Source of the DNA: Trichosphaerium sp. ATCC 40318
Lineage: Eukaryota; Protista; Tubulinea
Length of the DNA: 64,000 nucleotides
Assembly: GCA_038496445.1 (NCBI GenBank)
Contig: JALMLS010000253.1
Location: 1 to 64,000, forward strand
Reading direction: 5' to 3'
This document shows positions 50,713 to 62,821 of the stretch, in pieces. The position numbers and the translations under genes are program-made. The notes under the pieces were generated by a model, which was given only the letters and a program-made list of their open reading frames with translations, ran no database searches and had not been told where the DNA came from. How positions within the stretch are numbered: the stretch's first letter is position 1; the number at the start of each line of letters is the position of its first letter.

Positions 50713-51057
50713 CATCTGCACATGACTACACAGTACTATCAATGTAGCGATAAATAACAGCAGGTGTAGACTCTAGGATATTGTTTAGAAGTAAAAAAGA
50801 AATTGTAAAAAAGTAGTAAAAAATCATCCAAAATATACAAAGTTTTTTACAGTGTTCGTCTCATGGAAAGTTATAAATACCGCCATTAAATGTTACTACA
50901 TTATGTCACATTACTGTCGTTAGCATAATTAATCGTATAACAGGCCTAGCACATGGATTTTCCTGCGTTTTGAATTTACACCAAATTTCTTGTCTAGTTA
51001 AGTCTACTACCGGATTACACGTTTAAACACAATTGAAAAGTTACATTGGTATTAACA

Positions 51058-52197
51058 ATGGCAAACTGGGACGAAAAGTCAAGTACGTGACACTTTGTGA
51101 CAAGGGATTGTAAAATAGGTGTAGCCTCCTTTAACATCTTGTAGAACCTATTAGCGTCCAAACTGGTAACTATTCTTGGTCCCAGACGCGAGAAACTGTC
51201 GAAATAACCATTGATGTACCAGATGGCACCAGGTACGCCCAAAATAACAAATGCGCGCACTAAAGCGTTGTTTTGGTTAATATACTCATTTTTCGCAACC
51301 AACACAATTAATTTACAATTAACGTCGCCCAACGTAGAGGTAGAGATGTTGTTTGTATTATAAAAACAGATTCATTAAAATTTGCGTTAAAGGGCAAAGA
51401 TCCAATTCTTGACGTACGAATGTATTCTCAAACGTTAGCTAGTTACTAAAAGGGAACAAAAAAGGGCAAACTATTCGAAAATGTAAAAGCAGATGACTCT
51501 ACTTGGTGAGTTTTTTCATATTAATACCTCTCTAACGCCATAATACACCATAAAAAATCGTATAAGAGTATTAATTGAAACTATCTAACTTATAACCTTT
51601 CAAGGACAATAGAAGATCGTAAATTAGTCCGTATAGTGCTCGAAAAGGTACGGAAAATACGATAGAATAACCATAAAATCGTTAACGGCGATATAAAAGA
51701 CAGTAACGCCATTTTTCTGTTTTGAACAGAAAAAAAAGAAAAAAATCACGAGGTCCTTCATAGGAACTCACTTTGCTCCCCTTTTGCTTTTTTATACAAA
51801 GACGTTTTTATATGTGAACGTTTGCCAATGTTTCACATGACCAAGCAATTTTTTTGTACACTTGTAGACTGTGTACACAATGACATACTTTTCTTGCTTT
51901 GTAACATTTTTATCACTTCTTGTAAACATATCTGGAGCTCCTCCTTCCCTACTTTTTGTCACGTCATTCTAACATGTTACTTAGTCCATTGTACATAATT
52001 CATGGACTTCAGTAATAAAGGGTAAAGATGAATTAGACCCTATAACAAAGGAGAAAATGGACAAACGTATGCTTCTAGAAAAGTTCCAATCTGAGCATGG
52101 TGGATTTGATTTTAGTGGAGCTGAGTTTAATGGAGGGCTTCCTAAAGATCCTAAAAACTTTTTGGCTAATCTAGGAGACAGACCACCACAACAGTAG
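51058..52197 (+). CDS. NUDCD2: NudC domain-containing protein 2
   Basis: Spliced: YSWSQTRETVEITIDVPDGTR..GKLFENVKADDSTWTIEDRKLVRIVLEK..MLLEKFQSEHGGFDFSGAEF. Absent from the ORF track. Confidence 0.88.
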
Positions 52198-52556
52198 ATC
52201 AAGCAAACAATAAAACTTTTCTCTGAAAAAAACAAAAATCACGTGACAAACCTTGATGAGTCTAGCTATCTTGTATTTTTCAAAGATTGGATTTCATCGA
52301 GTAATAAACGACATAGAATCCATTGATGCAGTATTTTATTTTAGTCCTACAGTAAACTCTATTGATTGTAACTTTTTTTTTTGATCCTTTTTGGAACAAT
52401 GATAGCAAACATCTTGCGAAATAATTTCACTTGTGTTCCAATAGTAACCACTAGTAATATCTAATAACGACCATTACGTTCATATTACATATTTTAATGT
52501 ATAACTAGTTTATCTCCATAAGTCAACGAGTGAGAACTAAGTCCAATTCCCAATTT

Positions 52557-55500
52557 TTATCGCATTCTTGTAAGGTATTTTTGAAGCATAAATGTTCCGA
52601 TAACAGTTCCAAATAGCATCACAGGTAAACCAACAGTGATTGCTGTATTCTTTAATGATTCAATCCACCATCTATTTTCTGGCAACCACACCATCTAAAA
52701 AACCACGTGAGCACACTGAAACATAGGATAGAAAAAAAATTGAGAATCGATATCGAATTCTCGTTTTTTGAAGTACGAAATCTTTGTTCACAAACTAATA
52801 AATAAACTTTCAAAAATTTCTCAGAAATGAGCATTAATAAGATCTAGAAATCATAATCTTCAAAAATCATCTTCAAGAAATATCACGATATAGGTCAACA
52901 GAAAAAAGAAGAAAAAAAGAAGAAAAAGAAAAGGCGTACTGTTGTGAATGTTTCACGGTTAAAGCTTTGAGCAAATACATGTCTAATATGCTTAGCATCA
53001 ACACTGCCTTTATACTTAGCCCATCCACCATCAATATCAGTATCATAAGTCATATATTGTCTAGGATCTTGAGAGGACAAATCTCTTTGTTTTGACATGT
53101 TAAATATAGCTTGACGAACTTCATTCCTTGAAAGAAGCTTTGTAGAAAAATCGAAAATAAATCCAATAACAAGGTTACATATCTTCTTCCAGTTCTTTGG
53201 ATCACAACAACATATTATCCTTACTTCAGGGTAATACATTGTAGATAAAGGCATATTAATCTCAGCATGTATAAAGTAAACAAGGCCAAGTTCTTCTCTT
53301 ATTATTTTTCCCATTTTAGTGTTAAGTATATTCAAGACAAGACTGAGCTTAAGATACTGATTCGTATAAGAATTAACCAAGAAAGTCATAGCAATAGTGG
53401 CTTTTGGTTCATCCGTTGGCAAGTAAATCAAATGTACAGGTTGATCTATAGCACCAAGTAAGTAACACAAACAGACAAAAAAAAACAAAAAAACGTCTTG
53501 ATTCAGAACAAGTGCTTTCTTTGCTCTTGACTGAATACACTGTACTCAATACGACTGTGTAGGATATTTAAGCTGTGTTTTTAAGCGAAATCATAAAGAA
53601 TATTGGGTTCGTTTGACTAACCTTGTCGAAAGTTGAAAGAAGCTTGAATTTTCTCCAAGACTTTTCTATCATCCGTAACAGGTTCTTTTGCAAGTGTACG
53701 TAATTTTCTACGAAGTGCACCCAAGTCGGATACACCCTCTGGTGCATGCGTGCTAGGTATAGCACCTACATATGTCTCCAGTAGGGCCACAGCCTCTTTC
53801 AAGTTACCTAGACTGTATCAGCATGATGAGAAATGAGTATTCGATGAAGTACCATCGCAAAACTGTCCAACAAAAGTCCAATTAAAATCAGCTGGATCGC
53901 CATAGCAAAGCTTGAATGCCTTTTTCAACTCTTCTACAGTAACTTTTTTACATTCTTCAGGTGTAGGCTTTCTCGTGAGAGGATGATAGTTGTAATTAAA
54001 TGCAGTGACATCATCAATTGCAATATCTTCATGACTTTGTGTGTTATCTTCAAGGACTGCCATTATGAACCCTTTTTCCCTATCCAAGTCTTCTTCAGTC
54101 CAAGTCAATACCTCAGTGAAGAAAAGGTAAAGGTATTGTAGAATAAACTCAAAAGCGGCCGAAGAGGCACCCTCAATTTTTGCTTCACGTGAGGATATAC
54201 CAACCTACATAGCACATTAATTAATACCAAAAAAGTTAACGCAAAAACTGCGTGGGAAAACTCAACACCTGTACAATTCATGCACACGACTCATTGAACA
54301 AAATGCCATGACACTGATCTGTTCGATTTTGATACAAACGTGTCCGGTGAAACGGTACAAGGAAGTTGACCTCTTTTTTTTCTTTTTTTTCTAACAAAGG
54401 TGACGCACCTCGCATGCTGCATCGCTAACTTCATAAGTATACGTATTTTTTCGACATATAATACATGCAGGATCTCCCAACACAGCAACGAAATACTCCA
54501 AAAGTCTAACAGCAGGGTACAATTCCGGCTGTTCAATAAACACGTGAGCGTAACCTTTTTTATGTGATTCTCTAAAAAAAAATCATCAACAAATTTGTCT
54601 CACTGAAATAAGAACTGTATAACACACGTACAACTTCGCAAGTATAGATGTGCCCGTATCATCGCCTTGTTTCATTAGTTTATCGCCCTATTTTAGATAA
54701 ACAATTAGTAACTCTTTACAACACTGAAAAAAAACTAAAAGAGGTGGAGTGATAGTAGTTGAGTATCACACTTGGTTAACCACCATTCAACATAGTTTGA
54801 GATAAATTCATCAAAGAGACTTGTAGTCTAATATTTAAGAAAGGTGACAGATGCGTCGTAGAATGAGAGGTAATAAAGCGTACCTCATACATCTTTACTT
54901 GTACTTTTATACCATTCTTAAAACGCATTTGCGCAAGCCCAGTACTTTCATTCAAAATCTTTTTAGCAGCTTGAGATAAAATATAAGCACAAGAGCTAAT
55001 GGGAGAATAAAGAACGTGCCATCTATTCTATTTTCCTTTAACTGCTCAACTTTTTCATCTGGTAAAAACGAAGAACTCGGCGCATACGTTACTTTGTGCC
55101 TCTCAATTTTCTATATTCCAAAGTTAGCAACGCGCTAAATACAATATGGTTCAAATCAATGACGTACAGATGCTTTAACACTTTTATAAACATCTAAGAC
55201 ATCTTCCTTTGTGAACTTTTTCCCTTTGAAACCAGCCGGGTAGCAAATAATTATATCAGATGCATCAATATTAAACTGCTCCTTTGCTGCAACTTTCAAA
55301 CGATGAGCAGTTGTGCTCAATATCTTTTCACGTGTTAATCACGTGACCAAAATAAAAACCCACAGAGGTTCCACAAAATGTATTTAAAATAGCTAGCATA
55401 CCTCTGGCTCGCTTAAAATAACTTCACTCGCATCACAATCACCGTATAAAAAATACTTTTCATAACTGCTGATAAAGAATTTAGCCTCAGAAATCTTCGC

Positions 55501-57587
55501 TGCGTCCTTAATACAAAGGTTAGTATATTGAAGCCATCACGTATTAATACTAGTAGTAGAAGGGAATGTAAATGTTAAAAGGAAACTAATCTGAAGGAGT
55601 TTTCGTACTATACACTTTGTGAGCAACAAATTTTGTAGGGCTTTGATATCGTTAGGTTCAACATTATGACGTTGTATTCGCTCCATAGCTGTAAATATAG
55701 CTTCAAACACTTTTCCTTCTTGACCTTCAGACGCGTGCACTGATAATACCCAAGCCTCAACATCTGAAGGGAGTTCTCCAACTAAACAGCAAGAAAACAA
55801 TCAATAAAAAACGTTCATCTGTGCTAGGTCAAGTACGTACTGAACTCAATACCATGATGCAGTTTTGTCTCCATCAAGTGATACTGAAGAGTAAGAACCG
55901 ATAAAGCGGCTTCCATACCCTCTGTAAAGTCTTTACGAGTTGGTTCAAGACCAACTTCGCTTTCCCTTTCAAAAGAAGTAAGTTCCCCAAAATAACTATT
56001 TCAACCAAACTTACTGTCGATGAACAAACTGTATAGTCATGGGATTCTTACTTGTATGAGAATCAACAGACTCATATGTGAACTTTGTAGGTCCTTTAAG
56101 GCCATGTGAGGGTGTCACGATTTTTTCCTTTCCAGGTAGTATCTGCATAACAATCATTAGTTTTATACCACAGTAAAAACTTTGTCTAAGATAAAGAATT
56201 CCTAGGTGGTCTCTTGATAAACGTACTTTTTCAAAAATACTTGTAGATAGTTCTAAAACCATATCCTCGTCATCAAAATCACCAACAACGCAAACAGCCA
56301 TACGATCAGGCTTAAAGAAAAACGATAAATAAAAGAAAACAGATAAAATAAAAAATAACATACCGAATACCATTTTTCATAAAATGCTCTTATAGAATCC
56401 GCTGTGGCTCCGTGAATACACTATAGAGCCAGTAAGATATTCTAGCCTTTTAAAAAATAACTTAGATTATATACAAACCTCTTCAGTGCCAATAGGTTGT
56501 CTTAGGTTATAAAGACAATCACCAAATAGAATAGTCATAATCCTATGTCTAAGATCATCATTTTTACTTAAACGCAACCTCCACTCTTCATAGACAACAC
56601 TACACTCTTTCTTCACATTAGAGTCTGTTAATACAATACCACAAGCAATATCCCGTAGTATCTCAAGTGAAGTCTTTAGCGCATTGTAAGTATCATCTCC
56701 TTTTTTAAAAGACCCACCAATCTAAATAGTAAGTAAATCAAAAAAAAATTAATCATTCCTCTTAACAGGCAGACATCAAATTCAAAATTAATGGTTCACT
56801 ACCGTTTTAAAAGACTATATAAAATGGTGTTTGTGATAAGTCAAAACCCAGTGAATACGATAGACGCTGATCAAAAAAAGAATAGAAAAAAACGAACCGG
56901 CAAATCAAACATATACTGAGTTCCTACAGGCGTTGTAGATCCATTAACATCAGCACCATTAAAAAAATCGATACCAAGCAAATCCCAAAATTCGCGCAAA
57001 CTAAATACATAACTATAAGCCAAAACAAGCCACCCGACATTCTCGAAAACTACAATGAAAAAAAAAATGACACTTGCCTTTTTTCATCAAAATTTTTCAA
57101 GTCTCTAAAAGCCAAATGTTCTAGAAGATGTGCATAACCAAGCTGCGTCTCATTTTCACAAATAGAACCAACCTAATGCATAACCACTTAATACCATTTT
57201 AAGTGTATCACTCTTTTTATACCTGCACTAACAATCTGACAGAAATCCGCTGTTTAGGTGATGTTGCTTTTCTTACAAATAGTTTAAGCTCATTAGGCAA
57301 CTCATCTAGATAGCAGACAACGTAAGTTTAAAGTGTCAAATACTTAGTACTAAACTACAACCACGTACGCAGAAAGCCATCATGAGGGAGTGGAATTTTA
57401 TCAGTAGGGGAATGTGGCTGTAAAAGAGTGAGTTCACTAAAAATGTTGACAGATAAAGGTCTGTACTCACAGAAACAGGTTCAAGACTATCCACTAGGCT
57501 CTTGTCAGGCGCTAGCAACTCCATAGACGATCGTAGTGACCCAGGACTGTACTGAATTAGTTCATGTGCTATTTTCGTTTTTGACAT
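52557..57587 (-). CDS. M16 family zinc metallopeptidase (PqqL-like) with C-terminal TM segment
   Basis: LPNELKLFV..VGSICENETQLGYAHLLEHLAF (HxxEH), FYEKWY-PDRMAVCVVGDF, IIREELGLVY, and C-terminus TAITVGLPVMLFGTVIGTFML-QKYLTRMR. Confidence 0.85.
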
Positions 57588-58130
57588 TGTGATGTAAACA
57601 GTCGTTAAGCTAGTTGTATAGAATAACAGACGCATATGCGCCGAAACAAAGGTGTTTTTAGGATGAAAATACAAAAATAAACTAGATAAACAAGCAAATA
57701 CCCCTCTTGGCTATTAGTTGTAGTCAGTGATGCATCTAGGACATTTGTTAGTCATTTGTATAAATGCCATGGCATTTTCAGCTGGACTGTTAGGACTTAC
57801 TATCATTAGCGCCCCTAGGGCTTCCTAGGCCTGAGAGCATCGTAAATAACTGCTTTTGACTAATAATGAACTGTCACAACGACCAAAATACGACAAAACA
57901 AAATCCGGTAAAAAAAAACCAATGAAATTTACAACCAATTGCCCAGCTTTGATTATAGACGCGAAAAAAACGTTCAACTTCGTTTGCAGTCTTGGCTACG
58001 CCGTGTCACGACTTTGTTTTTTTGTTTGTTGTGGCGTGATGTAACTGGCAGTAGACTTATTCGTAAATAGCGGATTTATTGCTCAAGCGTGAATATCAAA
58101 GAAATTGGAGTGTCTTCGATGGTGTGGGTG

Positions 58131-58484
58131 CTAGCCATATTTTGTTGCCAGAATCTCCCGTAGTGGTTGGTAGTAATTCATGTGCCTACAAGAGTGTTAA
58201 CTGGTTTGGCGTTGAAAGAAAAAAAAATACAATGAAGTCGTACATCCTTTCGGTTAGTGTAGGTCCAGTGTATACTGGTTTATCTACAAGCTCCCACCTT
58301 AGTTTGTTGTACACTGCCTTCAGAGCAAAATACGCAGGAAGTGGTCCAATAAAGAGCCACCCAGTCTAAAGAATGTTGTAAGCCACTTTTTGAGGTTAAT
58401 AGTTTTAATTCGCTGTTCAAGCGCAAAACCACTTACGGTGACCCTGTTGCGCAAAACGAGCTCCATAAGTTTATCCACAGACAT
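58131..58484 (-). CDS. Small (~74 aa) three-exon protein with one hydrophobic segment
   Basis: Exons 58484-58437, 58365-58244 and 58185-58131 with GTAAG..TAG and GTACG..TAG introns give MSVDKLMELVLRNRVTTGWLFIGPLPAYFALKAVYNKLRWELVDKPVYTGPTLTERMHMNYYQPLREILATKYG. Confidence 0.6.
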
Positions 58485-58577
58485 CGTTGCTGTTGTATGG
58501 TTGGCTTTTGGTATAATTTTTCTCGCGGACGCATAGTCAACTTGTAGTCTGTTACGCTCTATTAAAAACCAACCACA

Positions 58578-59400
58578 ATGCGCACATTACTGGGATTCAT
58601 TTGCTTTGCTTTATTCGCGTGTGCTTTGGGTAACAGTTGTCACTACCATTACTCTTGCGGTACTTGTCTTTCAGATTACGACTGTACCTGGTACGAAGTT
58701 TTGCTTTCATACGTTTGTGTGAGTTGAATTCGGGAATAACTTCCTGTAGGTGTCCAAGCGATAACTCATGTACTCCTAAATACTCGTACTCTTGTAGTGG
58801 TAACACCGTCAATAAATGTACGTTAACCCGGGCTTTTTGTAAAAAACATTTGGTATCTCTTGTTGTCACGACTTCTCTCCGCCTTGTATTATTTACGTCC
58901 CGTGCTCAAAAAACGTTTGTACTTTTGTTTTATTATTCACCCAAAATTACAGGTGGATGCGAAGCAATCACAGATTGTGATGGTTGTGTTAAATCTACTG
59001 GGTTATGTCAATGGTGTGGAGGGTACAATTTATAAAAACTCTATGCACTATCTTTTTTTCTGTTCTACTTTATTTGTAATGCGCTAGTAGATCCGATAAT
59101 AGGTGTGAAACCCTTGCGAATGATTGTGAGACAATGTACATAAGCGATTGCCAGAATCCAATACACGGTACGGTTTTTTTTCTTTTTTGATTTCACAAAG
59201 TTTTTCTACATACAGCATTCATTGACCTTGTTTTTTTTTGTATAGGTGTACGCTATTACTTGCTTAGAATATTTGTACCAATAATTGGGCTCGTCGGTGG
59301 ACTGGTTATAATAGCTTGTGTCCTATTCTGCATTGTAGCCATAAAGAAACGTAGAAAAGCAAGCCAAAACTCTATGGAGACTGTAATGTATGAGATATAA
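58578..59400 (+). CDS. Type I membrane protein with two PSI-like Cys-rich modules
   Basis: Signal peptide, SCGTCLSDYDCTWC and DCDGCVKSTGLCQWC modules, TM segment, then KKRRK. Confidence 0.8.
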
Positions 59401-59889
59401 TGTACGCAACAATTGAAGGTTTTTTTTTTTGGTAAAAAAACGTCATCTCACGTGTACAACGAATAGTCGCTAACTTTATGTTTTTAAATTGGATAGTGTT
59501 TACAAAGGCCTATTGTTTGATAAATTGAATATGGAACGGATCACTCATATCAAATATAACGAACGTCTTATGTAATAAAAGTATAGTTGTCCTTTTTTTT
59601 TAAACTCAGTTTTCCTTACACTTTATGCGCAAGTAACTGTTTGTATGTACTTTACAACTGTTTACATCGGTGCGTTTTAACTGGAAAAAGTTTAAACAGC
59701 ACACGTGGATGACGCGTTAGCGAAGAAGGCTGGGTGTAAGAAAGCTTAGAAATCTCTGGAAAACAACACTGGTTTATTGACTTTTTTTTTCCTTCTTCTT
59801 TTGGATGAGTTTATGAAAGATTGACAAGAGTCGAGATTCATCCACTTTACTGTTATACAACGTCGTCGTCTTTAAGTTACCAATACTTT

Positions 59890-61259
59890 TTAAGCAATTG
59901 ATGCCCTACGTCTCAACTTTTTGGCATTCTCCACATCAGGGTTTTTAGTTTTTGATAATCTCACCGTTGCTGCTCTAGCAACTCTACCACGTCTAGGGCC
60001 TATAGAGAGATCCAACATTGTTTCTTCAGACCGTAGCTCTGCTTTACTTTTTTTCCTTCTATACATACCTCTCTGTCCGCCTAAATACAGTCAATACTAA
60101 CAGTTCAATGCTGTCGTTAGAAATTACGTTACCGAAGAAACGTATGTTTCTCCGTGTTTGAGATATAGTATAGAGTACGGAAGTCAAGCTTAAAGTAGAA
60201 AAGAGGTGCCGATTTGATCCAAATAAATAAAAAACTAAAAGCGAGGTTTCGTTCCAAAAATAACCGTAGTTCTCGGTTAGCATGTTATAATTACCAGTAG
60301 GAGTTGGGCGTGGATTGAATGGCATCATCTGGGATTTTGATCGTAGCTTTCTAACAAAGAAATTAAATCAACTTGTTGAAAAGAAGAAACGAAGAGAGGT
60401 GCAACTACAATAGAACTAAAAAAAACATGTTGTTTTTTTTTGTTGTTTCTTCGTGTTCACATCACGACGCTCAAAAAACCCCATAAATAACAGTACTTAC
60501 GCTTTAACACGTTGAATTGAAGGCTTTGAGTAGTTTTTAGACTTATCAAATGTTATACGTACTGGAGCATTCTAGATATTACATTTGTTTGTTAGAGCTT
60601 CAAATGGTTTGATTGTATTTATGTTAGGTACCTCTACTTTGCCTGCATTTGATGATGAAATTGATAGAGTATACACAAGCAACCCTTTAGGTACTTTAAG
60701 AAGCTGCCTTTGTTCAGTAAACTCTCCTAAAAAGTCAATCAACAAAAATGTGTTTTTATTCTGTTTACGGAAGACTTTACCTTTGTCTATGTAGTCCTCA
60801 ATATCGAGCGTAAGCCTTCCTATTCTATCATAACTTCTAGCATCCTTGTCTCTTACTTTGATATGAATTTGAGCAGGAAACTGCAACACGTCAGTTGACA
60901 ACAAGAAATAAAAACAAATGCGGGTTTTGCTTTCTTACCGGTTTACTGTGGTGCAATACAAATGTCTCGTTCCATTCTAGTACTCATTAGTCGTTCTGGT
61001 ATTTTGTACGGAAAAAAAACCGCTACAACAGCTGTTTAAGCGTGCTAGCGGGTAGATGGATGTATACCTGGGTGGCACGTATTGTATTGAACGCTTGTAC
61101 GCATACGTTGTAAACCCCAATACGCAACAACGTAAGGATCCGAAAGACCTACGTAATACTGTTAGTGAGACAAAACGGTGACAGTAGTAACGCAGTACCA
61201 TCGTAATCCGTCGAAATCAAATCGCAACCCCTCTTAAACGTTATTTCTAGTACAGCCAT
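59890..61259 (-). CDS. C2-domain protein
   Basis: LEITFKRGCDLISTDYDGSSDPYV..PEWNETF..IHIKVRDKDARSYDRIG. Confidence 0.85.
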
Positions 61260-61820
61260 ATCCACCAGTGTTGTTGCAAAGCTTGAGAGAATACGTGAAA
61301 GTATCCGAAAACCGTAAAAACTCAGAGCCAGTTTTGACCAAAACAAACATAGGTTTGGCAACGCCTTAGAATACTGACATCAGCTAACTTCGAAAGTGAC
61401 TTATTTGTAAGGAGTACTGCTAGATTGTAGTGCAAAAACAGAGGATTTGGCAGGTGACATTTCAACTTATTCCACATTGGGAGAACAGCCTTGTATTGTT
61501 GACAGACAATCTCACAACTAAGATGAAGGTACAATAAAAAACAACAGACAGTTGTACTTCGAACATCAAGTTGTTTAGTTTAGGGTTTTCATACCTGCCT
61601 GGATTAAATGGTGCAAAATGATTTGATACTTTTAAAACCTTGTACACACTATAGAAGAGTATTAAGATGTATACCAAAAAACGTGAGACGAAAGGAGATA
61701 AGGGTAGATAGGTTTTTTTTTGATAATACAAAAAAAGTCATATGTTGCTTAATACTCTCTGGAGAGGCTATTTTAACCAGTCGTGAGAGTAGGTGTAGAG
61801 AATGTAATCTAAAGGTTTAT

Positions 61821-62730
61821 CTAAGAGCTCAGTTGACGTATAAGATCGCTAAAGAAGTTAGTTTTAAACGGAAATGTTATTTTCTTCGCTTACTTGTAAA
61901 CAAAAGCGCCATTGTGCGTCGAAATACGTGATAAAACCTTACAAGTGTGTCAATGACGATATTATCGAGTCATAACGAAATTAAATCTGTTACCTCATCA
62001 GCCTGTTCTTGATCCAAGCGATCTCCTTGGTGCATCAAGACGAACCGTAAATCAGTCAGTTGCATTTTACCTTTATGGGTACGTTAGAGATCATTAAACG
62101 AAGAAAACGATGAAAAACGCGAAAACTACAAAAAAATAAAATGAAGCATTACCCGATCCGTCCTTGTCGAATACTTTAAATGCCTCTATCGGTGACAGTA
62201 TTAGAAATGATTATAATGGTATTTCGAGCTATGAATTTCTTTTTGGTTTGAAATTTTGACAAAATGACGCCAAGTGGTACCTAGTACGTCATCTTTGGTA
62301 TTTTCTCTAACCATTGTGGATGCCATTTTGTCCAAAAATTGATTGAAGGAAAGCGAACCACCTATAGCGCGTTAACGAGTTAGTGTTCGTGTTTGAATTG
62401 GTATAGTTACCTTGTTGGGTGAGCTGTTGTTGAAGTTCCATTGGGGAGAGGTTTTGGCCAAGTGCTCGCATTAACGCACCGTATTTATTAATGTCATTAA
62501 CAAGAACCGCTAGGTACAGGGTGTTAGCGTTTTTTTTACAAATTTTTGTAGTTATAAAATAATTGGGGTCTTTTTTTATAGCGTGGGCATGATAAATAAG
62601 CACTAACCTGTATTGCCAACTGATCCAGTCCAAATATCAGTAAAGTCTTGCTTTATGTCAGCCTCCAAATTACCCTAGCACATTAAGAAAGTGTAAAAAA
62701 TCAATGGTAAAACTGCTATCGTACAGCCAT
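61821..62730 (-). CDS. Calmodulin-like EF-hand protein / myosin light chain
   Basis: GALMRALGQN, SFNQFL, EAFKVFDKDGSG..DLRFVLMHQGDRL and FVYNDLI. N-lobe EF hands are degenerate. Confidence 0.85.
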
Positions 62731-62821
62731 TGTGATTAAACAGAATTTTGTATTGAATTGTGGAGAAAACGTTCAAGTGTTTTGTAAAAAAAGTCAACAC
62801 CACATTTGCACGCGTCAAAGA

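Noticed and set aside
51015-51332. 105-aa minus-strand ORF
   Set aside because: It is antisense to the NUDCD2 exons.
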